From IMG/VR virus record IMGVR_UViG_3300022213_000004: a DNA stretch of 64,000 nucleotides. One strand, given 5' to 3'. Numbering within the stretch: position 1 is the first letter of the stretch; every line of letters begins with the position of its first letter. The notes beneath the pieces are model-generated. The model did no database searches, had not been told where the DNA came from, and saw only the letters and a list, made by a program, of their open reading frames with translations. The DNA comes from a virus. The position numbers were made by a program, and so were the translations under genes. Positions 56,416 to 64,000 of this stretch are shown here, piece after piece.

Positions 56416-57048
56416 ATGGTAAATCCTAACAGATTTTATACCTATGCATATTTGCGTAAGGATAGAACTCCTTATTACATAGGTAAAGGAACGAGATACA
56501 GATTATTTGAAGGTAATGGAAAACCTTGTCCTGTTCCATCAAAAGATAGAATTTTAATACTTAAAAATAATCTAACAGAAGAAGAAGCATTTAAACACGA
56601 AACTTATATGATAAATGTGTTTGGTAGGAAGATTGATGGTGGAATTCTTTTGAATAAAACTTTTGGTGGAGAGGGTGCTTCTGGTAGAATTGTAAACGAA
56701 GAGGTTAGAGAAAAAATAAGATTATCTTTATTAGGCAGAAAGCAAAGTTTAAATACTAGAAGGAAAAAAAGTATTTCTTTACTGTGTAAAAATAGAAATC
56801 CACTTACAGAAGAACAGAAACTTAAGATAAGTAATACTCTAAAAGGTAGAAAATTATCAAAAGAGGTGGTAGATAAAAGAACTCAATCTGTATGTAAAAA
56901 TACTTATATTGTAATATCACCTGATGGAATTGAATATAATATTAATAATTTGAAAGAATTTCAAAGACAAAATAATTTAAAACATCTTTATGATGTGGTT
57001 TCAGGTAAAAGAAAACAAGATAAAGGTTGGATTGCTTTCAAATTATAA
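56416..57048 (+). CDS. GIY-YIG-like homing endonuclease with NUMOD3 repeats
   Basis: FYTYAYLRKDRTPYYIGKG...LTEEEAFKHE...GGEG; paralog of 2001-2579. Confidence 0.85.
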   Translation: MVNPNRFYTYAYLRKDRTPYYIGKGTRYRLFEGNGKPCPVPSKDRILILKNNLTEEEAFKHETYMINVFGRKIDGGILLNKTFGGEGASGRIVNEEVREKIRLSLLGRKQSLNTRRKKSISLLCKNRNPLTEEQKLKISNTLKGRKLSKEVVDKRTQSVCKNTYIVISPDGIEYNINNLKEFQRQNNLKHLYDVVSGKRKQDKGWIAFKL

Positions 57049-57070
57049 ATAACTAAAAAGTATTCGTAAG

Positions 57071-57571
57071 ATGGACGCACAAGATTTTCGTAGTCTTCAA
57101 GAAGCATATATGGAAGTTATTGAAAATCAACAGCAACTTGATGAAGCAGAAAGACCCATTTACGGAAGAGGTGGTAAGTTAAGAAGAACAGAAACTCCTC
57201 TTCAAGTTCTTGGAAAACACGCAACTGCAAGAGATAAAAAAACGAAGCATAATATCCCAAGAGGAGGAAGAACTTTTCCGGCAGGAAGACCTAATGAGGG
57301 AAACCCTTCATCATTAATGTCTGGTGAATATGACAGAGGAAAGGGAAGTGCAGCAGCAAGAAAAGAAGCAGCATTAAAAAAACCAGAACCTAAAAAATCA
57401 TTTCCAAATCGTTTAAGAAGAAGTGACGGACAGGGTATTCATGATAGTTACGATTATTATGATATTATCCTTTCACACTTACTTGATGAAGGATATGCTG
57501 AAACTGTTAAAGCAGCAGAAGTTATTATGGTGAATATGAGTGAAGAATGGAGAAACTCTATTTTTGGTTAA
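57071..57571 (+). CDS. Probable internal-head protein with LLDEGYA module
   Basis: YDIILSHLLDEGYAETVKAAEVIMVNMSEEW, shared with 18523-20151; TATAAATA upstream. Confidence 0.6.
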   Translation: MDAQDFRSLQEAYMEVIENQQQLDEAERPIYGRGGKLRRTETPLQVLGKHATARDKKTKHNIPRGGRTFPAGRPNEGNPSSLMSGEYDRGKGSAAARKEAALKKPEPKKSFPNRLRRSDGQGIHDSYDYYDIILSHLLDEGYAETVKAAEVIMVNMSEEWRNSIFG

Positions 57572-57577
57572 ATACTG

Positions 57578-57724
57578 ATGGAGAACGAAAACTCTTCAAA
57601 CAATTTCAAAAGAAAGATGCTTAAAGTTATTAAAGAACTTACAAATAACGGACGGCATGTAGAAGCAAACGAACTTTATCAACGGTATTTCGGAGACAAC
57701 AATGGCAAGAATCGATCTACATAA
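57578..57724 (+). CDS. Small hypothetical protein (48 aa)
   Basis: MENENSSNNFKRKMLKVIKELTNNGRHVEANELYQRYFG. Confidence 0.5.
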   Translation: MENENSSNNFKRKMLKVIKELTNNGRHVEANELYQRYFGDNNGKNRST

Positions 57725-58379
57725 CTTCTTCAAGTTTTATGACGAGAAGAACCCCAACCACGTCAAAGCAGTTCAGTGGTTGGAAGATAACCTCCCAGTC
57801 AAGTATCTAGAAGATAATATTGATTGGGCAGAGATTTATAGAGGAAAAAAGACTAGTGCTGCACCAGCATCTGCTCCCGCTGCTGCAGCTCCTGCTCCCG
57901 TAGTTGGTGGTGATGATGTTCCACAAATGGGCATCAAACTCATTAAAGAGTTTGAAGGATGCAGATTAAATGCATACCCAGATCCACTTACCGGTAATCT
58001 TCCAATCACGATTGGTTGGGGATGCACCCGCAAGAAAGATGGTTCTGCATTTAAGATGGGAGATTCAATCACTCAAGCAGAAGCAGATGAACTTTTGATT
58101 GATGAGTGTAAGCACAACTTCCTTCCATCACTTAGAAAAATCCCACATTGGAGTGAAATGTCAGATGGACAAAGAGGCGCTCTGCTCAGCTTTGCTTATA
58201 ATCTTGGTGCCGGTTTTTACGGTGGCAATGACTTTAATACTATTACTAAACGCTTGAAGAATAAAGAGTGGGACTTAGTTCCCGATGCGCTTTATCTATA
58301 TCGCAATCCTGGTTCAAATGTAGAAGCAGGTCTTGCTCGTAGAAGAAAAGCAGAAGGTGAATCTTGGAAAAAAGGTTAA
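57702..58379 (+). CDS. GH24 lysozyme (endolysin)
   Basis: LIKEFEGCRLNAYPDP...TIGWG...ALLSFAYNLG...GLARRRKAE. Confidence 0.9.
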   Translation: MARIDLHNFFKFYDEKNPNHVKAVQWLEDNLPVKYLEDNIDWAEIYRGKKTSAAPASAPAAAAPAPVVGGDDVPQMGIKLIKEFEGCRLNAYPDPLTGNLPITIGWGCTRKKDGSAFKMGDSITQAEADELLIDECKHNFLPSLRKIPHWSEMSDGQRGALLSFAYNLGAGFYGGNDFNTITKRLKNKEWDLVPDALYLYRNPGSNVEAGLARRRKAEGESWKKG

Positions 58380-58397
58380 CCTATTACGCAAACTAAA

Positions 58398-58742
58398 ATG
58401 GACAACAAAGAAAAGGGTAAATGTATGAGTACTGTTATTCGTGTTGCTATTTTGAGTTGGTCTGCTGCTCTTCTAACAGCATCATATGCGGGTCTTCTTT
58501 CTAAGATGGACCCAACATTCATTGCTACTGTTTTCACAGCATCTGCTGCTACATTTGGTATTAATACAATGAAGAAAGGTGGAGATGATGATGAGAAAAA
58601 GGAAGAAGAACCACGCAGAGAGGTAGTTGTGGAAACCCTCCCAGAACCACCAGCACCAGAAGTTGCTGTTGGAGAACAAACTCTAGAAGAAAGAGTTGAA
58701 GTTTTAGAAGGACAAGTACAACCTCGCACAGGTGGAATCTAA
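58398..58742 (+). CDS. Two-TM membrane protein, holin candidate
   Basis: Two hydrophobic helices and a charged tail; directly follows the lysozyme. Confidence 0.55.
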   Translation: MDNKEKGKCMSTVIRVAILSWSAALLTASYAGLLSKMDPTFIATVFTASAATFGINTMKKGGDDDEKKEEEPRREVVVETLPEPPAPEVAVGEQTLEERVEVLEGQVQPRTGGI

Positions 58743-58984
58743 TGGCAAAGTCAGCAAACAAAGGTAAAAAGGGTTCTGCTGGAGGAAAACAATCCAAGCA
58801 AAATCAAGGTAATGCAACTGCCAAAAAGGCAAAGAATGGTGGCAAGAAAAAGTGATTGAACTATTATTAGTTCTTTTAGTAGGTAATATAGTCACGAATG
58901 TCAAAATTGCCAATTTTAATTGCAATTCAGATTATGTTGGTGATCAATCAGATGGAGACATAGGAATACTTTACATGTGCAATT

Positions 58985-59185
58985 ATGCCAAGAGAATGGA
59001 ACACTCCAAAGAGGGAGTGTTGGAACGCTCCGATACATCAAATATTGAAAGCAATAGATAATCACACCCGTCTTCACATGGAGACGGGTGATTTTTGGCA
59101 TGAAGAACAGGCCCAGATCTTGAGAAAATATGTCAAAGATTTGAAAATCTGGATTCATAGACAAGAAGGATGGTGGGATGAATGA
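58985..59185 (+). CDS. Conserved cyanophage hypothetical protein
   Basis: RECWNAPIHQILKAIDNH. Confidence 0.65.
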   Translation: MPREWNTPKRECWNAPIHQILKAIDNHTRLHMETGDFWHEEQAQILRKYVKDLKIWIHRQEGWWDE

Positions 59186-59928
59186 AAAAAATCATCGCAG
59201 CAATCGGTTTATCTTTAAGTTTAACTTTTCCAGTAGTAGCAGAATCAATAGTTAAAACACAACCAACAGTAAAACCATATAGTTTATCTGCAATGGGTTG
59301 TATGATACTTTTAGAATGTACGGAAGGTGTTGAAAAACTTTCAGTAGATTCTGATCTATTAAAGAATCCAGACTTTGATCCTTTTAGAGAGGAACTAAAA
59401 GCAATCATTGCAGGACTTGATAAACTTGGAGTTCCTGTTTATGTTGCACCAGAAAGATATTTTACTCCAAGAACAGTTGGTCTATATAAACCAGAGTACA
59501 ATAGGTTCTTTGTAAATGAACAACTCATTAAAGACCCAAGAGAGTTTCTTGGAACGATGAGACACGAAGGGTGGCATACAGTTCAGGACTGTATGGGTGG
59601 TGGATTACAAACATCTTTTATGGCACAAGTTCATCAAGATAGTGAGATTCCTGCTTGGGTAATGAAAACTACAAAATTGACTTATGAAACGATGGGTCAA
59701 GGTCGTGCAGTTCCTTGGGAATCAGATGCTAACTGGGCAGAAGAACAGTCAAATGTAACTGCAGAAAAGTTAGAAATGTGTGCGAAAGGACCACTGTGGG
59801 AACAGATAAGACCAACACCATTAACGATGGATTGGTTGATTGGGTGTGGATGGATGAAACCACAAGAAGGAAAGTATCCTTATTATCCAAATAAAAAGGC
59901 AGAGATGTGTGTGGAAGGTAAGTTTTGA
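59182..59928 (+). CDS. Secreted zincin-like protein
   Basis: Signal peptide; MRHEGWHTVQDC. Confidence 0.7.
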   Translation: MKKIIAAIGLSLSLTFPVVAESIVKTQPTVKPYSLSAMGCMILLECTEGVEKLSVDSDLLKNPDFDPFREELKAIIAGLDKLGVPVYVAPERYFTPRTVGLYKPEYNRFFVNEQLIKDPREFLGTMRHEGWHTVQDCMGGGLQTSFMAQVHQDSEIPAWVMKTTKLTYETMGQGRAVPWESDANWAEEQSNVTAEKLEMCAKGPLWEQIRPTPLTMDWLIGCGWMKPQEGKYPYYPNKKAEMCVEGKF

Positions 59929-60033
59929 TGAGTGAGTTTCCTTGGGGAGTAATTATAATATTAGGATCTGGACTTATCTTTACACTCTATGTAATTTACT
60001 ACATATTACGATTAGCACACGAGGAAATGAAAA

Positions 60034-60246
60034 ATGAAGAACCTAGCAATCATTCTGTCAACGACAAGTCTTCTCATTAGTGGAGCACTTTGCTATGGTG
60101 CTTATGTGACTTATAAAAAAGCAGAAGCAATCCTCAACAACCCAGAACAGTTTGTTGGTATGGTTGTAGAGAACCAAGTTAACAAAGCATTTGAAAAATT
60201 ACCTATTCCAAAACTAAATAGTGAGAAGTTTAAGTTGCCATTCTAA
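60034..60246 (+). CDS. Small membrane-anchored protein
   Basis: N-terminal hydrophobic helix. Confidence 0.6.
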   Translation: MKNLAIILSTTSLLISGALCYGAYVTYKKAEAILNNPEQFVGMVVENQVNKAFEKLPIPKLNSEKFKLPF

Positions 60247-60677
60247 TGGATAAAGACCCATACATTTATAGGATTAAATCGGTCCTTAAAGTTGTAGATG
60301 GTGATACGATAGATGCGTCAATAGATTTAGGGTTCTCTATAAGTTTAGAAAAAAGAATTCGTCTTGCTGGTGTAGATACTCCTGAAAGTCGCACTACTGA
60401 TGCAAAAGAAAAAGCATTAGGACTTGAAGTTAAGGAATGGCTAAAGAAAAAGTTAGAGGGACAAACTGACATTGTTGTTAAAACAGAACTACCAGATTCT
60501 ACCGAAAAATATGGTAGGATTCTGGGACATTTGTTTATCGGAGATAAAGAAGTTTCCGCAGTTAATAAAAAGAAATCCATTAATCAACAAATGATTGATG
60601 AAGGACTATGTTGGGAATATGATGGTGGAACGAAGAAGAAAGATTTTGCTTTACTTGAATCGAGGAGACAAAAATGA
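60246..60677 (+). CDS. Thermonuclease (SNase-like)
   Basis: KVVDGDTID...RIRLAGVDTPES...KYGRILG. Confidence 0.9.
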   Translation: MDKDPYIYRIKSVLKVVDGDTIDASIDLGFSISLEKRIRLAGVDTPESRTTDAKEKALGLEVKEWLKKKLEGQTDIVVKTELPDSTEKYGRILGHLFIGDKEVSAVNKKKSINQQMIDEGLCWEYDGGTKKKDFALLESRRQK

Positions 60678-60934
60678 TTTACTTTAATATTGTTAGATTG
60701 TTTATTATTGTTTGGTCAGCACTTATGATTTCTGCTGTTGAATCTGTTGCTATTCGTAGTGAAGGATTAGTAGAACTGGAAAGTACAAATAGAGATGCAT
60801 ATGCCAAGGTGCTTACTCTTGCTGTTGGTTCATTTCTTGGCGATGCCGCATTTAAGTTGAGGAAATCCAATGACACAGACCGTTCAAAAGCAGCAAGAGG
60901 AAACGCAAAAGAAGAAGAATCAATCGAGGTTTGA
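60674..60934 (+). CDS. Small membrane protein
   Basis: GAGGAG ribosome-binding site; hydrophobic segments. Confidence 0.5.
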   Translation: MIYFNIVRLFIIVWSALMISAVESVAIRSEGLVELESTNRDAYAKVLTLAVGSFLGDAAFKLRKSNDTDRSKAARGNAKEEESIEV

Positions 60935-61016
60935 TAACTTCTTTTTTGATGCTTTGTATAATGTGATTACTTATATACCAGTTATGGTTATATCTTGGGT
61001 TGTATCAACCTTGGAT

Positions 61017-61859
61017 TTAGAATGATAATCTAGCAGAAAGTTTTTTCGCAATCTTTTTCGCAGGGGCAAAGAGAGGTTTAAATCTTTCTTTGCCTTCTTT
61101 TGTAAACTTATCTGCTATGACATCATCAATAATGATTTTATTATCAATCTCATAGAGAGCATTGATTTCAACTTGGTCACGAATGTATTGCTCTACATTA
61201 TCAATCTGTTCTACAAGTCTTGTTCCATCAGCAGAGTATTCAAATATATTAATGTGTCCTTCTTCTGCTAGAACATAATGGAGAACAGGTTTGACGTGTT
61301 TGATTTTGATTTTAAACTTGTTCTTGGTTGCTTCTTTAATGATTGGTTCAGCAGCATTTTTAAGAGCATTCAGAACTGTTGTAGATACAATCGTAGCAGC
61401 AGTTGTGACTACTGCGACAGCACCAGCCGTAGCAACAAGAGAAGGGTCAGGTAGATTAACATCGACTCCATAAACAGAAAAGGTGGGTTGTGGTTTAGTT
61501 TCTGCTGGTATTTCTGCAACTTGTGTGGAAGTTTGAGATGGGGGGGTTTGAACAATCTGAGGCAGTTGAGGAGGATGGGTAGTATCTGGTAATCCCCTTG
61601 TTTTATCTTGCTGTTCTTGTGTTTGCTTTTCTTTCTCTGCTTTTACTGCAGCATCAAACTCTTCCTGTGTAGGGACATTAATCACTGGATACTTGATGGA
61701 AGTATCTGGCATATCAAATACTGGTAGTGCAATTCCACGAACAACAGGAACTTGTGTTTGCTGCACTACTGGTGGATCAATAGTTGGAATAATACTTGGT
61801 CCACCTATTCTTATATCTTTTGACTGTAGTTCAATTGGTTTTATTTCCATTGACAACAT
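61017..61859 (-). CDS. Hypothetical protein (Pro-rich region plus TM), last gene of a minus-strand operon
   Basis: ORF track; overlapping operon. Confidence 0.7.
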   Translation of the reverse strand: MLSMEIKPIELQSKDIRIGGPSIIPTIDPPVVQQTQVPVVRGIALPVFDMPDTSIKYPVINVPTQEEFDAAVKAEKEKQTQEQQDKTRGLPDTTHPPQLPQIVQTPPSQTSTQVAEIPAETKPQPTFSVYGVDVNLPDPSLVATAGAVAVVTTAATIVSTTVLNALKNAAEPIIKEATKNKFKIKIKHVKPVLHYVLAEEGHINIFEYSADGTRLVEQIDNVEQYIRDQVEINALYEIDNKIIIDDVIADKFTKEGKERFKPLFAPAKKIAKKLSARLSF

Positions 61860-62340
61860 CCTGTACTCTTGGGTATTTCACAACTACATCAGCACAGATT
61901 TTGTAATAGGGACTGTCTGGATGAAATGATATACCTGCTTTGTATGCTTCACCGCATTTCAATAACCTGACTAGTTCAAAATCAAGTCTGGCTTTATCTG
62001 CTTCTGCTTGTTGTCTTGCGATTTCAACTCTTGCTCTTGATTTGCAGATCTCTGTAAGACTTCCATCAAGAGGAAAGTTAAAACCCATTGAGATTCCAGC
62101 ATTTCCATTATGAGTTTGATACGACATTGGATCTTTATCACCATTCAAACTTCCCATTGCAAATGGAGAAATACTCATTGTCGGTCCTTGACAACTTACT
62201 CCAGAACCATAAGTATTAACAGCATACGGACCTTGAAGAACCTGAACTGCTTGGTTTGTTACATTACCAGTCGCAGATGCAGAAGGTCCTGCAATGTTAG
62301 TGTTTGATGGAGCCTGCTGTGCAAAAGCAGGAAGCATCAT
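61831..62340 (-). CDS. Secreted hypothetical protein
   Basis: MMLPAFAQQ...GVSCQGPT...DFELVRLLKCGE. Confidence 0.7.
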   Translation of the reverse strand: MMLPAFAQQAPSNTNIAGPSASATGNVTNQAVQVLQGPYAVNTYGSGVSCQGPTMSISPFAMGSLNGDKDPMSYQTHNGNAGISMGFNFPLDGSLTEICKSRARVEIARQQAEADKARLDFELVRLLKCGEAYKAGISFHPDSPYYKICADVVVKYPRVQDVVNGNKTN

Positions 62341-62702
62341 TGCGTAAAGACAGATACTGAGTTTGTAGTAGATTGAGTTTCTGTGGTGCGATCTATCCAT
62401 GTTTCTTTTGCCACTCCAGGACCAAGAGTTGTTTCACTGAACTGGAATGGAGCACCCTGAGTCATGATACTATAATTAGAATCCTGAGTTGGACGCCCAG
62501 GAATATTAATGTTAGTTCCAGTCACAGTGTATGATGTGCCAGTTGTATATTCAACTTGACGAATCGTTTCTATGATTTTGGTTGTTGATTCTGTGGTTGC
62601 CGTAATCGTACCTCTGGTAAAATTAGGCACCACGCTTTCAGCATAAACAGGAGTACAAATGACTCCCGTTGCCAAAAGCAAAACGGGAGTTAAATGTCTC
62701 AT
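62337..62702 (-). CDS. Secreted hypothetical protein
   Basis: Signal peptide; VVPNFTRG...GAPFQFSET...SVFTQ. Confidence 0.72.
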   Translation of the reverse strand: MRHLTPVLLLATGVICTPVYAESVVPNFTRGTITATTESTTKIIETIRQVEYTTGTSYTVTGTNINIPGRPTQDSNYSIMTQGAPFQFSETTLGPGVAKETWIDRTTETQSTTNSVSVFTQ

Positions 62703-63160
62703 TTGAATACGCTTAACTCAATAGATCTTTGACCAGTAGCAGTAGTACCAGGACCACCAGCGGTAACAGTAGGAACGCCTATAGGTGATAATGTACCAGC
62801 GAGAGAACCTTTGTCTCCTGCTAACTGAGTAACACTATCCCCATAAAGGTTGGGAGCAGCAATTGCTCCAGCACTAACCGACTGAGTGGTGACAGGGGTA
62901 TCAGCAGCATTGAAACTTTCTGAGAAAGTAAATGCTTGACCTGCTGTATTAATATCATAAGTTCCAGCACCACCTACACCACCAAATGAAGTTGCTTGAA
63001 TATTTGTTCCCGATGCTGAATAAGAAGCACCGATTCTTGTTGATTGTACCGCAGCACCCTGAACTGATAATTGTACGGAGTCAGTTATTTTTGATGTAAT
63101 TTCAGCTGCACTTACAGGAGTAACTAAGAATAACGAAAAGATAAATGCTAATCTTTTCAT
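62699..63160 (-). CDS. Secreted hypothetical protein
   Basis: Signal peptide; SVQLSV...GQAFTFSES...TAGGPGT; minus-strand TAAATA upstream. Confidence 0.72.
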   Translation of the reverse strand: MKRLAFIFSLFLVTPVSAAEITSKITDSVQLSVQGAAVQSTRIGASYSASGTNIQATSFGGVGGAGTYDINTAGQAFTFSESFNAADTPVTTQSVSAGAIAAPNLYGDSVTQLAGDKGSLAGTLSPIGVPTVTAGGPGTTATGQRSIELSVFK

Positions 63161-63217
63161 TTTTCTTATTGTGAATAAACACTATTGTTATTTAGCATCG
63201 TGTCCCCATTTGGGGGC

Positions 63218-63246
63218 TTGACGGATTCGGGAAACCGTAGTATGAT
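63218..63246 (+). promoter_or_regulatory. Sigma70 promoter of psbA
   Basis: TTGACG-17-TATGAT; a TAAATA overlaps its 3' end. Confidence 0.8.
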
Positions 63247-63294
63247 AAATAGGTAAACAAATGTTACGGAACTTAAACATTCCTTTAACATTGT

Positions 63295-63410
63295 CTTTCC
63301 TGCCGTTTGACCGAGACTAGGCAGGGTTATCAATCCGTCTCTCATATCCAGTCTTAGGGTGACTGGAGCATAGTATCTCCACCATTTCCCTGATGGTCTT
63401 ACTAACTGCT
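63295..63410 (+). ncRNA. Structured psbA 5' leader (PhotoRC-II-like)
   Basis: cctgcc/ggcagg stem whose loop gagac can pair with gtctc; tccagtc/gactgga and accat/atggt hairpins. Confidence 0.6.
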
Positions 63411-63417
63411 TAAAAAA

Positions 63418-64000
63418 ATGACTGCTACAATTTCACAACAAAAACAACTGAATAATTGGAAACAATTCTGCAACTGGGTTACATCAACCGATAATCGTCT
63501 TTATGTCGGTTGGTTTGGAGTTCTTATGATTCCTTGCCTGCTTGCTGCTACGACTTGTTTCATCATCGCCTTTATTGGCGCACCTCCCGTAGACATTAAC
63601 TAATCGGTGTCCCTTACTCGTAAGAGTATTGACGAAACTGGGTGAATTGCTGGAAACCGAAAGGCAATCAGCATCCAAGCCTCAAGTACACTTGAGGAAG
63701 GTTCAGAGACTACCTGAGGGGTTTAGTCCCCTTAATAACAGGTTTAAGTGCCCAGCCCCTTCAATAAAAATGAAGGGTGAAGATATAGTCCAAACTTCAC
63801 AGAGTAATCTGCAATAACCTAAGTCTTATGATATGGTTGTTTATATGAAGTTGCGACGGGATTCGTGAACCAGTTGCTGGTTCTCTAATGTATGGAAATA
63901 ACATCATCTCTGGTGCTGTTATTCCTAGTTCAAATGCTATCGGACTGCATTTCTACCCAATTTGGGAAGCCGCAAGTCTGGATGAGTGGCTTTATAAATA
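63418..64000 (+). CDS. psbA: Photosystem II D1, partial; exon 1 63418-63596, exon 2 from 63854
   Basis: [20 protein letters not shown]...[28 protein letters not shown]...[16 protein letters not shown]. Confidence 0.96.
63597..63853 (+). mobile_element. ORF-less group I intron in psbA (257 nt)
   Basis: Exon gacat pairs with IGS gtgtc through a U.G pair; P aattgctggaa, Q aatcagca, R cagagactac, S aagatatagtcc; terminal G; splicing restores GAC-ATC-GAC. Confidence 0.92.

Noticed and set aside
63629-63817. 62-aa ORF within the psbA intron
   Set aside because: It overlaps the ribozyme core and has no endonuclease motif.

Overview
This is a 64 kb segment of an AT-rich T4-like cyanophage (myovirus); the gene set suggests a picocyanobacterial host, probably freshwater (inference). 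The first block is the replication module: gp45, gp44, Dam-like methylase, gp62, regA, hsp20, gp43, uvsX, gp41 and mazG. It is followed by probable virion/internal-head proteins, gp61 primase, nrdA/nrdB and a tail lysozyme. A tRNA cluster comes next, with 10 intact-looking tRNAs, a half tRNA-Asp, a tRNA-like RNA and dps. After that lie an ~11 kb glycosylation island, host-derived genes (porin, deleted pstS, two hli, petF, peroxiredoxin), lysis/peptidase genes and the 5' part of psbA. About 13 free-standing HNH/GIY-YIG endonuclease genes are present. Highlights: (1) gp41 is fractured by an atypically split intein (18-aa IntN, 125-aa IntC) with an antisense HNH gene between the halves. (2) gp43 is split without an intein, and both broken ends carry new amphipathic helices. 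(3) Three endonuclease genes share an upstream cassette: late promoter, small hairpin RNA, terminator, second late promoter. In each, the hairpin loop is complementary to the 5' end of that gene's own mRNA and co-varies with it. (4) psbA holds a 257-nt ORF-less group I intron, and probably a second one starts at the window edge. (5) There are two tRNA-Ile(UAU) genes and several structured RNAs. Family assignments come from motif recognition by eye; no database searches were run.
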